A stretch of 64,000 bases of DNA. Source: Felis catus (Eukaryota). Shown here piece by piece: positions 24,336-38,312 of the stretch (the first letter of the stretch is position 1; every line of letters begins with the position of its first letter). Location: NCBI RefSeq assembly GCF_018350175.1, contig NC_058382.1:51276001-51340000 (forward strand). The letters run 5' to 3'. A model generated the notes under the pieces. That model was not told where the DNA came from, did not search any database, and saw only the letters and a program-made list of their open reading frames with translations. The position numbers and the translations under genes were made by a program.

Positions 24336-26019
24336 GCAATCATGCTGAGAAATCCCGAAGTACAGTCAATGAAAGGGGACTCCAGAGAGTTGAAGCTTGA
24401 GCTTAAGGATGAATAAAATTTGGGAAGGAGAGCAGAGGAGGACAAAGCACAGCAGGGAGAGAGGTTGGTGAGCACAGATGGACTGTTCAGAGGAGTTTAC
24501 AGGGTTTCGTATCAAAGGAGCAGGGAAGCAATTGTGGGGAAAGACCCAGCAAGAGAAGAACGTTCTCACGACAGGTGCAATGCCCCACAATGCACTGGTT
24601 TGCCTGCATAAGATTATGAAGGGCCTTGTATGATCAATGCAGGAGTCCAGCAGGAGAACATTTCCATCAAGAGATTTAGACGAGTTCTGTTTGTATACAG
24701 CTTAAATGTCATTTCACAGACGCTGCATGAAGTAGCCTCGGAATTATTTTGTTCCCGTGGATTTGGTCAGAGCCCCGCTTGTACTTGGTGTATCCCCTTG
24801 TGTGGTCACCTTGGTGAGTCCTGCTTCCTGGTTTGGGTCCTGTTACCTCACCAGGACAAGAGGAGATATGCTGTTTTCTTAGCTGGCTGAAAAAAAAAAA
24901 AACCCACCTGGCTACAGTGTGGACCCCGATGCCAGTGACTCTGAGGACCATTATGAAGGCATGTGAACTTGAGCACCTGAGGGCAGAGGCCATCTGAGCC
25001 AACACACGTCTGTTGCCAGTTGGATTGCCACAGGATGTTTTTCTTTCCTGTGGATTTATCTTCAGTTGGTAAGGAAAAGACATTTTATCGCTCAATGGCC
25101 GGTGGGAGGAAGAAATGAACAGCAATCAGCTTTTGGCAAAGGCAAGAAAGAGGTGATTTAGATCACCAAAGGTCGTATGACGCCCGAGTGACCTAAGCCA
25201 CTGGAGAAGGATAGCAAACCGTGTTGTTTCCTGGCACTTTGGGCTATTCTGTGGGCAGGACCAAAGCGTGATGTAAAATTAGAATGCCAACTCTCTTTTG
25301 AGCAAATCCTTCTGTCATTTTGAGGCAGTCTGGCAACCTCCTAGCCTTTATGTTCTTAGAAAGCGTTTTGAAAATCAAGTGGAGGCACATTTTCAAAGCA
25401 ATCACAAGTATCAGGAGCGTCTTCCGCCTCTGTAAGCACACCTCTTTGTTGCTGGAAGCCCAGAGGAGCATCTGTAGAAATGCAGAGGAAGCCTCCAGTA
25501 ATTCTTGATAGTTCTCAATTCGAATTTACGTTGTTGGGCCAACCTTAATGCTGGCAAAAAGTACTCCTTTGTTTTGCTCTGGGGAGAAGCAGAGTCTCTT
25601 AGAGGTGGCAGGAATAAAGACCTGTTGATTCAGCGCATTTTGTGTTTGATGAGCTAGATTCTGTAAAATGACACGCCCCCGAACCTCAGGTTGTCTGTGT
25701 TTTGCTAAGATAGGAAGGACTCCCTCGGGGACAGACAGGCCTGGGGCTAATGATGCTGTTGGGTAAATTCATCACTAAGTCTTTTTCACTAACAAAGACA
25801 TATTACCTCATATGGTTTACAGGGCCCTAAAAAATTAGGTGAGTGAATCTAACGTCCAGCCAACACATGAACACAGAGTCGGCATGTGGCAGCCTGCCAG
25901 AGAGACGACTTCTAGTTGGTTTGCATAGACCAAGACGAGGATAAGTGACCATCACTGAGCATCTAGTTGATGAAGTCTCTCACATACTGTGATCTTTGCT
26001 GGAGTCCTTGAGAAGGGGG

Positions 26020-26600
26020 CATCGTCTATACTTAATTTGCAAACGAGAAAATTGTGGTCCAGATAACATAAGCATCATGGAATCAGAAAAGGTTGGGTTC
26101 TAGAGAAATGCAGCTCTTAGCTCCTCTTATGACCTGTGTGACATTTAGCAGATTTTCAATCTCTTTGAGACTCGTAGCTCATCTTTATAAATGGAGGGGG
26201 GGGGGGATAATACCTCTCTCATAGGCTTGTGACAATACAGGAGAATTCATTCGCTCTTCCACAATATACGCACCTCCAAGTTGCTTATCAAGTGGTTACT
26301 CAGCATTGGACCCTGGAGTCAGACCACTTGAGTTCAAACTCTAGCTCTGTTACCTGCCAAAGGTCATCAACTGAAGAACTAGGTTAACTTTTCTGTGCCA
26401 CATTTCCTTATTTATAAAATGTGGACAGTAACGATAGTTGCCCCGGTGGTTTGTTGGGAAGCTTAAAGATGCCAGTGGTAGGTAAAGCCAGTGACACTGA
26501 CAAAAGTCGTGATTCTCCGAGGTGATTTGCCCAGCGTCAAACGGCATGCAGGGTCCAGAGCTAGAGTCTAATCCCAGGTCCAGCCTAAAGTTTTAAGGTT
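26020..26600. mobile_element. Cluster of MIR fragments
   Basis: MIR core motifs GAGTTCAAACTCTAGCTCTG, TTTCCTTATTTATAAAATG and CTCATCTTTATAAATGG. Confidence 0.6.
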
Positions 26601-27142
26601 TTCATTGTGAGCCAGGAAGACGGAAGTGAGGGCAGGGATGGGAAACCGTCTGAAATCCCAAGAGATGGGATTTTTACGATGGTACGAAAGACTTGAGCAA
26701 CTTTGAACAGACAGTGGAAGTGGGGGAGGGCTTGGGTAATGCTTTCCTTGTGGCCAGGATGGGATCTCTCAGGCTGTGATCAGAGAGGCTCAGAGCCCTG
26801 CTGCGTTGCTGGACCTCCAGAATGTCCCTAGTCTGTGCATAAACTGTTGGTCAGGAGACTGAGTTCCCCACCTGTTGTATCTGGGTGTGATCTTCAGCTC
26901 CAGTTGAAGAGCTGAATCTCTGCCATGGTCATGGGGCACCACCATATTCCTTCATTATTCTATGGCTGCTGCTTTTTGGGAAAGTATCTGGGAGTAGTTG
27001 TTTATATCCAGAGTGGCTTATCCTGTATCATTCATGCAATCATTCATTTGTTTTCCGTGTGCTACTAAGTCCAAGGCCAAATAGCTGGTACATTAAGTTT
27101 CTATTTCCTTATCTGTACAACTGGTAATGAGACTATCTATCC

Positions 27143-27338
27143 CAGGTCTGAGTGTCTTAGTTGGTGAAGTGTCTGACTCTTGGTTTCAGCTCAGGTCATG
27201 ATCTCCCGGTCGTGGCACTGAGCCCCGTGTTGGGCTCTGTGATGCACACCGAGCCTGCTTGGGATTCTCTCTCTCTCCCTCTCTCTCTGCCCCTCCCTGC
27301 TCAAGCACTCTGTCTCAAAAATACACACTTTAAAAAAG
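27143..27338 (+). mobile_element. Can-SINE
   Basis: TTTCAGCTCAGGTCATGATCTC...GAGCCTGCTTGGGATTCTCTC. Confidence 0.88.
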
Positions 27339-30300
27339 GAGAGTAGGAGAGTACCTATCCCTTAGGGTTTTGATCAAGATCATACAACATAATGCAGGCA
27401 GGATACTTGGCTATTTTGGTTAGTCATCACCTTAATACTTACAACTCTATTGGAAACACACTGGGGTAGAGCAACAAGAAAGGAATTTGTGGGGTTTTTT
27501 TTGGCTATTGTCTGAAGGTCTAGTTTTGAGTCCTGGTTCTGCCACCGTGACTAGTGTGACCTCAGGACAGTCACTTTTTCTCTGAGACTCTCTTGTACTC
27601 ATGTAAAACGAGGCTGTTGGAAATGGTCAACACTTAAAGGTTTTTTTTTTTCAAGAAACATGAGTTTGGTGAAATTGTCCTTAGAATGAAAAGGAATGTT
27701 CAGTGGACATAGAAGTCTGGGGAAGTTTCTATCTTGCATTCCTCTCCTGGAACACCTCCGTGCACGTGACCATAGTAAGGACCCTGCAGTAAAGGAATCC
27801 TGTGGTAAAGAACCCTGTTGGTTGTGGGCTCAAGTTGCCGAAGCCGTTTGACCACAGTACTTTGTCCCTGTATCACAACAAGTCCCCTTCCCGTGGATTA
27901 TTCTTTTGGTCGTGCTGAACTAGGTGATCTCCTAAGAGCCTTCTCAATTTTGGCAATCTTTTCTCCCTACCAACATCATCTACGTTCCGTGTTTCTATAG
28001 TTGCAACATCAGGTACAAGTGGAAATGCTTTCCTGTTGATGGGGACCACCTCTGTCAATCACAAACCACTTGGTACAGGCAACTGACAGGTCTATGTTTA
28101 CACAGAGCCATGTGGGTAAAATACACACCCGTCAGTGCATGCACAAAGAAAACCACAAGATACACCATCTAAAAATGCATTTCACAACATTCTTACTGCT
28201 GCCCAAACTGGCTTTTAGGTTTTTTCCACTGTTTCCTGGGTAGCCTGTTCTTTCGGAATTGGGTCCCATTTTTCTCACCCAAATGGAAAGGAAATCTTGA
28301 GACCAGAAGCCTTTCATGGCCTTCTGAGTAGCTGAGCCAAATCAGAGCAATGATCTGGAAACCAGAAAGTTTGGATTCTAATTCTGCCTGTGCCATGAAC
28401 TTGACCCTTGGTTTGGAGCAAGTCACTTGTCTAATCGAATCCTGCATTTCCCCAGCTAGAAGGTGGGGGGCATTGAGCTAGGCTGGTCTCTGTGTTCTCT
28501 CCCAGTATACGATGTGGTTTCTTTTAGATAGATGGCATCCAAAGGCTGCTTTCGATCCAGCCGCTCCCTAGGTTGTGTCTGTAGCTTCTGTAGTAGCCGC
28601 CTGATTCCGCATGGTTTCCATTAGTCTCTCTGCACCGAAAAGCAATGGTGGGGATGGGAACAGCTCAAGAACATCTGGCTCTTTCAAAAGAGGCTGCATT
28701 TCACACCCCATGTGCTGATACCCACACCATCGTCCCTCTTAGTCTTTGGGAAGATGTTCTTTCTGTCTCTTGGGACAGTGTGTATCCACTGGGCCAGTGG
28801 CCTGGATTGTAGGGATTTGGGTGATTTTCTTTCTTTCCTTTTTTTATATTCTAACAAAAGAAGTATCATCAACACAAACCCTAATTTCAGTTATGTGAAG
28901 GATTTTACTTAAATCCGCAAAAGCAATGAGAACCAGACCCGGGCTTGCAAGGAGGGCCAGACACAATGGCTTAGATGGAGGCAAGGGGATCAGCTTCAGT
29001 GTTGAGGTTAAAGACTGTTCTTTCTTTTGTGGCTCTGTCAGGCCTTTAACATCACTTAAGCATAATTGATTCGGGGGAATTGAATGCTGTGAATGTGTAC
29101 ATTGGCTTCTATTTCCCCAAAGTCATGCTTTAAAGGAGCTCAGATTCCCCGAACTATTGAGGGCAGAGATCCTGTCCACGGACAAAGCCGCAAGTGTTGG
29201 TTCTGAGGTTGTTAACTGCACCCCTGTCCTTGCTCTGTAGGCAGTCTGCTGAGTAAGACCTTCTCGGGGCTTGTGCAGATCACCTCAGTAACTCCGTGGG
29301 AGGGGAGCCTTCCTATACTTTTAGGTAGAGGAGCACCAGACACCTGAGCTCTGTCTACTGGGGGAGCTAGGTGACTTCACAACTCTGTGACCTCGGGCCA
29401 GGCATTTAAGCCTTATGGGCCACACTTGGCTTCCTTTTCTGTCCAGCAGAGCAGAGAATCTCTGCCCTGAGCCCTCCATGGAGTGGCTCTGTTGGAGCTC
29501 CTCTGCCCCCTTCCCCAGTTTGCTGTATAATATCTGTGGACCATCTTGACTTTATCTCCCTCTACCGTGTTCTCTGGTGTCTCTCAGACTCTACAAGGGC
29601 TTCTGCCTCTTCCGGCAACAACCTGCATCTTTTGCTTGGTGAACGTGTGTTCGTTTCTTCCAGACTCAAATCACATGTTTCCTTCCCAAGTGCTTGACAT
29701 TCCAGGCTAGACATCCCCGCTCTGTGCTCCTCTCTGGCACGTGTCATGGTACTTAGGAAACCCAAAGTCCCCACCATCAAAGAGGCTCACAGACTTGTGA
29801 CAGATGTGTCACACTTTTCGACAATTGTATGTTTCTAGCATCCCATCCCCACTCATGGTGGTTAATGCTATTCTATACATACCACGGTTGGTGACTGAAA
29901 GTGAGGAGTGTGTCTTATTTTTACACACCAGTGGTCCTATTGACGTCAGCTGAGTGAAGGGAAATAAAATCTTGCCAATGGTCTATTTACAAGCCATGAT
30001 TCTGTATGTGTTCCACCTTATTGAACTTCTTCAAATTCTCATGATGTGTACAGTAGCAATAGAATTCGAAAGAGGCAGAAATTGACTCTCAGAGTTCAAT
30101 AACTTACTCTGTCAGTTATAGCCTTTGGGGATCAGACACTCAGATGGATTTAGTAGTCCAAGCGGGTCATTCTGTGGGAGGGAATGGGCTGGGAGGTTGA
30201 AAGCTCAAAGAGGGAGAAGGCAGAATTCAGCAGGGAAATCCTTTAGACTACAGGGTGGATCTGACGTCTGTCAAAGAAATGGAGGTGGGCTGGGGGGTGG

Positions 30301-31609
30301 GGACACAGGATGTGGCACGGAGAGCTGCAGACCATGAGGCGGATTTGATCAAGTATCGGTCAATTCAACCGGGTGCTCCAGAGCAGAGATTGCCCGTTAG
30401 AGATGTCCCCCAGCTGAGCAGAAATGGTCATCCTCCAGTGTCCCCACCTCATGCAGAGTTGAGGTGAGTGATGAAGGTGCTGAAGCTGGACAGTCTCAGC
30501 TAACTGGACACCTTGCTGCATCGAATCTAGATGTCCCGACACCGTCATGATTTGAAAGCGGGTCAGCCGGACTTTCGAGTCCAGGTTTTCTACACTATGC
30601 TTGTGAAACTTATGGGGCCTCCTGTTATCCTGAAATAGAGTTTCAGAGATCAATGGATGACCTACATCAGCACAATACTAACATGGGTATGACATGCGAG
30701 TTTCAGCTCCGGTGTAACACAGGATACAAGGTGGCCTTCTTGTTCACATTGCTGCTTCCATTACTCTGTTTTCTCTGTCTTGAAATTGTGCTTTGGCAGG
30801 ACGTGCAGAGATCACATAATACACTAAATGATGAAGTTCTTAAAACCCCAGATGATTGAACCTACTGATTAAGCAACTGTGTGTACATCCAAATCACTTA
30901 ACAGGGCTCTGATGGTCGCCAAGTGTTGTAACCCTGGGCCAGGGAGGCAAGGGATTTATACAAGCTGGGCTGCTTCTCATGCTTCCTCTACCAGAGCTTA
31001 TTCTGAGCCAAATCTTGATGAACTATTACCTCATCTTCATCATAGACATCCTGGGACTGCAGACTTCAGACCACCTCCATCCATGGCTTGAGAGCCATCA
31101 GAGTGGGATGGCATGGGATCTATTGTAGCCCCAACTCTCTGGAGTATTCAGAAAACTACACATCAATACAAAGCCTCTTCTTTCAGTCCATTGCTTTGAA
31201 AAAGCTGCAAATTGAGATGTCAGGTAGAGAGATTGCGATGTATTCCGTTTTCCTTCAAATGATTCTATTGCTTAATTTGGTAAGGTCAGGTCTAGAAATG
31301 GCGGTAAGGGTAAAGCCTCTGTTGCTCTACTTCTCAGACCCCAACCTAGAGTTACTAAGTATTTCTGAGGTTATTACTTTATTACTGCTCTATGAGAGAG
31401 CATTTTACTGCTCTTTGTCTCAAGAGAATGAGCAAACTAGTGGCAGACAGTAGAATCTTGAATCCTATCCAGTCTGCACTGATCTTAAAAGTTCTAGTCC
31501 CAAGGTCACTAGTTCTTCAGTGGGAGATACAAGCCTAAAACCCAGTCCAGGAGTCTGTTAGAATTATAGGGAGTCATACAGCTTTTCAAATAAACGTATT
31601 GGTGACTGG

Positions 31610-31752
31610 CCGAACTGGTGGTGAGCTCCCTATTCCTGGAGATATTTGGGTGGAGGCAGCAAGGTCATCTGTCAAGTAGGCTGTGGGTGAGTCTTGAAGG
31701 GGGAAGTAGGTGGGAATTCATAAATTGTCTTGACTCTGAAAATCATTCTCTA
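31610..31752 (+). mobile_element. L3/CR1 (or MIR3) 3' end fragment
   Basis: GGTGAGCTCCCTATTCCTGGAGATATTT...GAGGC...CATCTGTCA resembles the CR1 3' terminus. Confidence 0.55.
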
Positions 31753-32049
31753 ATTAAGGTAGACACAGATAAGCCAATGCAAAAAATTCCCCATCATTCA
31801 CACTTCATATCATATGTGCCAACACCTTCCTTCAGCTCGTGCTCTCATGTCTAGGTGAGTATTTTCTAACTCACACATTCAATCGAAGCACTACATTGCT
31901 AAAATCAACAACAATCTGCTCTAATAGTTCGCTGTGGTCCACTCTGACTATGAAACTTTTCCAACTGGATCTTCCCCTTTCCGTTTGGACCCCATCCTTT
32001 ATCATTCTCGTTCTTATCTCTGAGCATGACATAAACTTGGATGCCACCT

Positions 32050-32552
32050 CTATCAGCAATCTATTGCAGTGTAACAAACTATCCCCAAACATGGTGGCTT
32101 ACAGCAATAAAAATTTATTGTCTCAGAGGAATTCAGAAGTGGTTAGCTGTCTGGTTGTGGCTTGGGGTGTCTCATGAGGTTGCAGGCAAGATGTCAGGCA
32201 GGTCTCTGTCATCTGAACACTTGGCTAGAGGATCTGCTTGTAGGATGGCTCTCACATGGCTCTGATTGCCATCAGGAACCCTCAGTTCCTCTTCCAGGGG
32301 CTTCTTTATGGGCTGTTTGAGCATCGTTACAACACAGAGACTGACTACTCCACAGTGTAAAATCCAAGATGGCACGATGGAGAACCCACAGCGTCTTTTA
32401 CGGCCTTGCCTTGGAAATCACACAGTTGTTCTGGCCATATTTTATGGGTTACACAAGTTGGCTTTTTTTTTCATGATGAGAGGGAACTATACAAGGGCAT
32501 GAGTCCCAGGAGGCAGAGGTGATTGGGGACTTTCTTGGAGGCTTGCTGTTGC
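32050..32552 (-). mobile_element. MaLR LTR (MLT1-like)
   Basis: CTATTGCAGTGTAACAAACTATCCCCAAA...TCTCATGAGGTTGCAG...ACAAGGGCATGAGTCCCAGGAGGC. Confidence 0.8.
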
Positions 32553-33508
32553 ACTCGTAACTCTGAACATGCTGTCCCTTTTGCCTCAGCTGCCCTCACC
32601 TCTTTTCTACCTGGTCCTCTCCTGTCCATCCATCTAGGACCTCCTCAAATGGCATTGCCTTTGTGGAGCATTCTCTGAATCCATTAAACAGAACTAATAC
32701 TTTTCTGCTTTTCCACAGCAATCTGAACATACTTCTATGTTATCTCTTCTAAAGAAGATGCGTTTTACTGTAAAGTCCAATTTGATCTCTCTACAAAGAG
32801 ACCTCCAAGAGAAAGGGCCATATCTTATCTGGCGTTTCTAATATTGAGTTAAATTTTGGCAAATAACAGCTACTTAAGGGATCGGTCAATGAGTTAATAT
32901 CATTTCCCTCATCAACCCAAATGTAATTTTAGGGGCCACAATCAGTGCTAATGGAGTAAAGTACAAAATAGAATACAAGATAAAGTAAAAGGCCACGTGT
33001 TATATTTTATTTAAATACCAAAGCTAAGTGAACTTTTCATAGGCAACAACTTTCTGTAGGAGAAGACTGAGATAAAATGGAAATTACAGCTATCTGAGCA
33101 GGAAAAAGCCTTAAAAGTTATGTTGCCCAAATTTCTCCTTTTGGAAATGGGAAAGATTGAGGTTCAATTTTAACACCTACTTTTTCATGGAAGAAACTAG
33201 AAGAGAATTAGATCATTTGAAGAGATTTGGTTTTTATCCTTCTATATCTTTCATAATCCAAAATGTCTAATGTCATTCCCCATAAATTTCTCTGGAAGAA
33301 AAGCCATATAGGTTTAATTAATTGAATGATTCAAAAGGGACAGGGAAAGCAGATATAATTCCACAACATTAAGAGAAGGCTCAGGCATCTGGTGCCAGAT
33401 ATAGGTAGAGGAGAGCTCTTTAATAAAAGAAAGGAAAAAATTTGGAGGAGACCCCACTTACCTCTGCTCTGGGCTCCAGTATTCTCTACTCTTAATACAG
33501 AATGCTAA

Positions 33509-33727
33509 CTTTTAAAAAAAAATTTTTTTTTACATTTATTTATTTTTGAGAGACAGAGAGCTTGAGCAGGGGAGGGGCAGAGAGGGAGGGAGACACAGAA
33601 TCCGAAGCAGGCTCCAGGCTCTGAGCTGTCAGCACAGAGTGTGATGCGGGGCTCAAACCCACCGACTGTGAGATCGTGACCTGAGCTGAAGTCGGACACT
33701 CAACTGACTGAGCCACCCAGGTGCCCC
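33509..33727 (-). mobile_element. Can-SINE
   Basis: Full-length antisense copy; AGAA..CTAACTTTTA duplicated on the flanks. Confidence 0.93.
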
Positions 33728-33928
33728 AAGAACCCTAACTTTTAGAGTGGGGTGGTTTTTCTGGGAGAAGGGAAAATAGATGGAGGGGTGCAGGCCTTGC
33801 TAAGTAAATATTGAAAGTAAGTTCATATTCAACAGTAAAACTGACTTCCTTTTAGGAGTAGGAAATCAAGGGAATTGAGAAGAGGGAACACTGATTTTTT
33901 TCAAATTTGGTTTTCAATTTAAGCTTTA

Positions 33929-33963
33929 TTCCCCCCCCCCACCCCACCCCACCCCACCCCCCC
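33929..33963 (-). repeat. (GGGGT)n G-run tract, G-quadruplex-capable
   Basis: + strand has a C run then (ACCCC)x4 and further C; at least five G4+ runs on the minus strand. Confidence 0.8.
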
Positions 33964-36149
33964 GCTTGGTAGATCAGGGCTCATTTATGCTCTTGTCCCA
34001 TTTCCTTTGTGACATTCACCATCCAAAAGGTACAAGTAGTTCTCATTCAAGAGTTAAGCCAATATCCGTGTGAGTTTTCAGATGTTCTTGGGTGAGGAGG
34101 AGGGAAAGAAGGTCTTTGTGGAACCAGAGAAGTCAAGTGTCCCCTAGCACCAAGCCCACCAATATAGCAACGTAGCAGCAGTGACCTATATATAAAAAGG
34201 TTTTGATTTGAGTTTTCCATCAACAAGTTCCCTGAGGACCATCTCCCCTGTCTTCATTGTGTCCCATGTCACTGCAGCAACTAACACTCGGCCCAGATGT
34301 TTTTCATCTTTGCTTGTTGAACCCACCCAGTGCAGATAGATAAATTGCTTTAGAAACTGTAGTTTCAGGCAGCTTACACAATAGGCTGAAGTCATTCTTA
34401 GATTTTCAGTGAGAATGGAAACCGTCGTAAAATTGTGGAAGATTCAAGGGCTTGGAAGAACCCTGAAATGACTCATCTACATTGCTGTTGGAATTAAATC
34501 ATCAGTTCCCAGCCCTGCTGAATATAAGAATAACATGGGGGGAACTTACAGCTCTATCCCAAATCAATGGAATCAGAAACTCTGGAGATGAGGCATTAGC
34601 ATAAAATTTTTTACATTCTCTCTGGGTCATTATAATGTACATTTAGGGTTGAGAATCACAAGATCTAATGATGGCCTGGGCTCAAGGAGGGAATCAGAAC
34701 ACATCAAGTTCGTCCAGAAGATTAATGTAGAGCTTTAATGTAGAGCAAAGTCTAAAGCCCAGGTTTTCTGGTTTGCAATGTGGTCTTCTTTCCAATGTAC
34801 TTAGTAAGTAATGCACTTAGTAATGTCTACTTCATCAATTCTGGGCGTAGAGACAGTAAATCTTAAGATCCCTTTCATTAAGGATTGAACCTCAGGCATC
34901 CAAGAGGGAACCAGAATATTGGGTTCCATTAGTCGTTGTTGAGAATGGGGCTGAATTTACTATTTTTGAGGGGCAGTGGAGCTTGTAGAAAGCAAGTCAG
35001 GTAAAACCGGGTTCTAGTGTAAGCTTTGCCATAGACTAGCCATGTGACTTAGGTTGAGCGCATTCAGTCTACGGCTGTGGTTCTCTATCTTGGCTGTGTG
35101 CCAGAATCATCTCTGTGAGCTTAAAAGAGACTAAAACTCTGACTCCACTCCCAAGTATTTCGTTACCTGAAACAGACCTGCGTTCTAAACCCTGTACTGT
35201 CAGGTTTTACCGTGTGACCTTAAGTGAATTATTTCCCTTTATGGAACCTCACTTCCCTTAGGCTTCAAGGGAGGAAATGATAACAAGGGGTTTGATGCAA
35301 GAACTTAGGAGAGAGTGCATACAAAGCACCTTAGCATGCCATGGGGCCTCAGTAAATAGCCTGTTTTTGTCTGTAGAGCAGTAGATGCTTTGGAAAGTAA
35401 TTGAACTAGCTGCTGATTATTTGGCTAGTGCATTTGAAGGCAGTAAAACCAACATCTGAATGATCTGGGGTGATAAGATTATCTAGATCACTGCTAAATC
35501 TCCTTGCCACTTCGTACCGGGGATACTGAGACACCTAACTCCCAAACATAATCTTCCAAAACGCAGTCCTTTATAGGGCAACTCTGAAAGACTCTTTGTC
35601 CTTGCACACAATACCCAGAGTGTGCCTTCCAGACAGACAATATGGTAAAGCAGCATGTTAATCTTCCCCCAAATCCTATCTCACGTCTTCCGGACCTTGC
35701 AGGAGGGAGATGGGTGGAAACAATCAATCCATTGAGAATCGCAGGCTGACCTCCAATTCAGACCCCTACCTGGGTGACGAAATTTGGATGCGGAACAAGT
35801 GATTTGGCCCCAGCCAAAGGTTGTTTCCTGCTCCCTGACTGAGGCTGGCTGCAGTTCAGTTATGAACTCTGCTAGCAAGAGTGCCCCTGGAAAAGACGTT
35901 AAAAGTGCCCACCCAGTCAGGATGTAATTAATCGTCACACAGGAACCAACTTCCTCCCACTTGGGGAAAAGGCGTTTGGCTGCTGGCCATTCTCAGGCTG
36001 CCAGCTCTCAGTCCTTGCAGGACAGCAGCTGTGCACCTGTGCCAGACGGCTGGCAGCTGAGGGTCAGGTGGTGTAGGGCCTCAAGAAATCTCAGCCCTCA
36101 AGGAATTTGGTTCCCAAGTCACTTCCTGAAATTTCACAATCCTAGAACT

Positions 36150-36593
36150 CATCTCATACCCTTTAAGTCTCCTTTGCCCTCACAAGGACATCTGTTGTCT
36201 TCACCATTCCGTGTTCTTTTCTTGATGGTCATTTTTACAGTTCCTATTTCTTGGGTATCACTGTGTGCCAGATACTCCTATGTAGGGCACAACACCTTAC
36301 TGACCATCCAGACGATTCTAGTTCCTGTAATTCCTCCTGACACGGTTGATCGCTAGTGAACGAGTGACACACTGGTTCAGAGTCTGCATGGGGTTGAGTG
36401 AAGGAATAAATTTCCAGGCACTTGTGGTTTTCTGTGCTTGCAGGAAAAGTGGGTGCTGGCAGTGAGCGCATGACCTTGGCAGAAGATACGCAGGTGCTGG
36501 CTTTGGGAGTAGAATCACCCCACAGATAGGTGTGCAAGAAAATGACTACGGGTTCCCTGTGCGAATGGATCGGACACGATACGGCTTCTGCTA
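36150..36593 (-). mobile_element. ERVL LTR fragment (LTR16-like)
   Basis: Minus strand GCCAGCACCTGCGTATCTTCTGCC...AAGTGCCTGGAAATT resembles the LTR16 family; boundaries uncertain. Confidence 0.5.
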
Positions 36594-37366
36594 CGATCAT
36601 GCACCGTTTCTGCTTAACCCTTATCATGGTTGTAACTTTCTTTGTGAGGTGACTCAATTAATTCAGATGAATACAGGGGAAATACCTTGCACATCGCAGA
36701 TATGCATTAATGTCAGCCATCATGACGTCCTGATGGTCTCTTCTCCATTCTTCCGGTTCCTATTGCTAGTTTCTGGGAACTGTAGTATCTTACTACGTCG
36801 TTGTTACTGGTTTTCCAAGTAAGCCCTAGGAAAATTTTATGGAAATGAACAAAACATTTAAACTTCATCAGATGATTCTTAAAACAGATTAAAAAAAAAT
36901 CTCTTTCGTAGAATCCACGAGATATGAAAGAAAACTGTGTCCAAAATACCTTCCTCTAGGTCTGCCTCTTTTTTTAACGTGTGGGGTACAAAGAAGGAAG
37001 TAGTATCAAATTAGTTTTTCTTTTCCTCCACCCTCTCCAGTCCCAACCTTAAGGTGGATACATTTTCCCCTTGGGATGGAGTTGCTACGAATGCAGATGA
37101 AGCTGCCCCCGCCATACTCCTAAAGAGTAGTTGGAATGAGTAAGGGACAGTGCCAGTTAGTGGGACCTGATTCTCCCGTTTTCTGCAGCTAGAATCCAGA
37201 ACTTGAGAAGGGTTTCCAGCAGAAACAGTTGTGCTCCTGACAGGGTCCTTATCCTTCAGTGACGTCACAATGAAAACGAAGGGTTTGCTTCCAATCTGGT
37301 TTATTTCCTCATAGGATCCAGTCAGGGGCAGGAGGATTTAATTAGCATTGTTTCAACTGTTCCACT

Positions 37367-37427
37367 GTCCGTCCGTCCGTCCTTCCTTCTTTCCTTCCTT
37401 CCCTTTCTTTTTCTTTTCTTTTTCTTT

Positions 37428-37507
<80 letters not shown>

Positions 37508-37537
37508 TCCTTTCTTTCCTTTCTTTCCTTTCTTTCT
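37367..37537. repeat. (TTTC)n/(TTCC)n polypyrimidine microsatellite grown from an L1 poly(A) tail
   Basis: Long TTTC array directly abutting the L1 3' end. Confidence 0.95.
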
Positions 37538-37688
37538 ATATAATTTAGTGTCAAATTGGTTTCCATACAACACCCAGGGCTCATCCCAACAGGTGCCCTC
37601 CTTCATGCCCATCACCTACTTTCCCCTCTCCCCTACCCCCCATCAGCCCTCATTTTGTTCTCACTATTTAAGAGTCTCTTATGATTTG

Positions 37689-37731
<43 letters not shown>

Positions 37732-38120
37732 CCCCCTTCCCCTCCCCCATGGTCTTCTGTTAAGTTTCTCAAGTTCCACATATGAGTGAAAACATATGGT
37801 ATCTGTCTTTCTCTGCCTGACTTATTTCACTTAGCATAATACCCTCCAGTTCCATCCACGTTGCTGCAAATGGCCAGATTTCATTCTTTCTCATTGCCAA
37901 GTAGTATTCCATTGTAGGTATAAACCACATCATCTTTATCCATTCGTCAGTTGATGGACACTTAGGCTCTTTGAATAATTTGACTATTGTTGAAAGTGCT
38001 GCTATAGACATTGGGGTACATGTGCCCCCTATGCATCAGTACTCCTATATCCCTTGGGTAAATTCCTAGCAGTGCTATTGCTGGCCTCTGCTACAAAGCT
38101 GTAATCATCAAGACAGTATG
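37538..38120 (-). mobile_element. Short felid L1 3' fragment with a small inverted piece
   Basis: ORF 37769..38011 (KEPKCPSTDEWIKMMW...TWMELEGIMLSEISQAEKD) is the ORF2 C-terminus; a sense-strand ORF2 piece lies at 38086-38120. Confidence 0.93.
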
Positions 38121-38124
38121 TTGC

Positions 38125-38312
38125 TTTTTTTTAAATGTTTTATTTATTTTTGAGAGAGCACGAGCAGGGGAGAGGCAGAGAGAAGGGGGACAGAGGGTCT
38201 GATGTGGGCTTGCGCTTGCTGTGAGGGGCATGTGGGGCTCAAACCCACAAACTGTGAGATCATGACCTGAGCTGAAGTCAGACGCTCAACCAACTGAGCC
38301 ACCCAGGTGCCC
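38125..38312 (-). mobile_element. Can-SINE
   Basis: Antisense head and tail motifs. Confidence 0.9.

Noticed and set aside
24720..24813. Exon-like segment with TTTCACAG acceptor and TG|GTGAGT donor
   Set aside because: Isolated splice-like motifs with no coding signal or partner exons; expected by chance.
30653..30859. Hydrophobic ORF containing LLCFLC, reminiscent of a class C GPCR helix
   Set aside because: No flanking V2R motifs (PIVKANN, FIGxP, VLAKT); likely chance.
37322..37615. KERK-repeat ORFs
   Set aside because: Translation of the (TTTC)n microsatellite.
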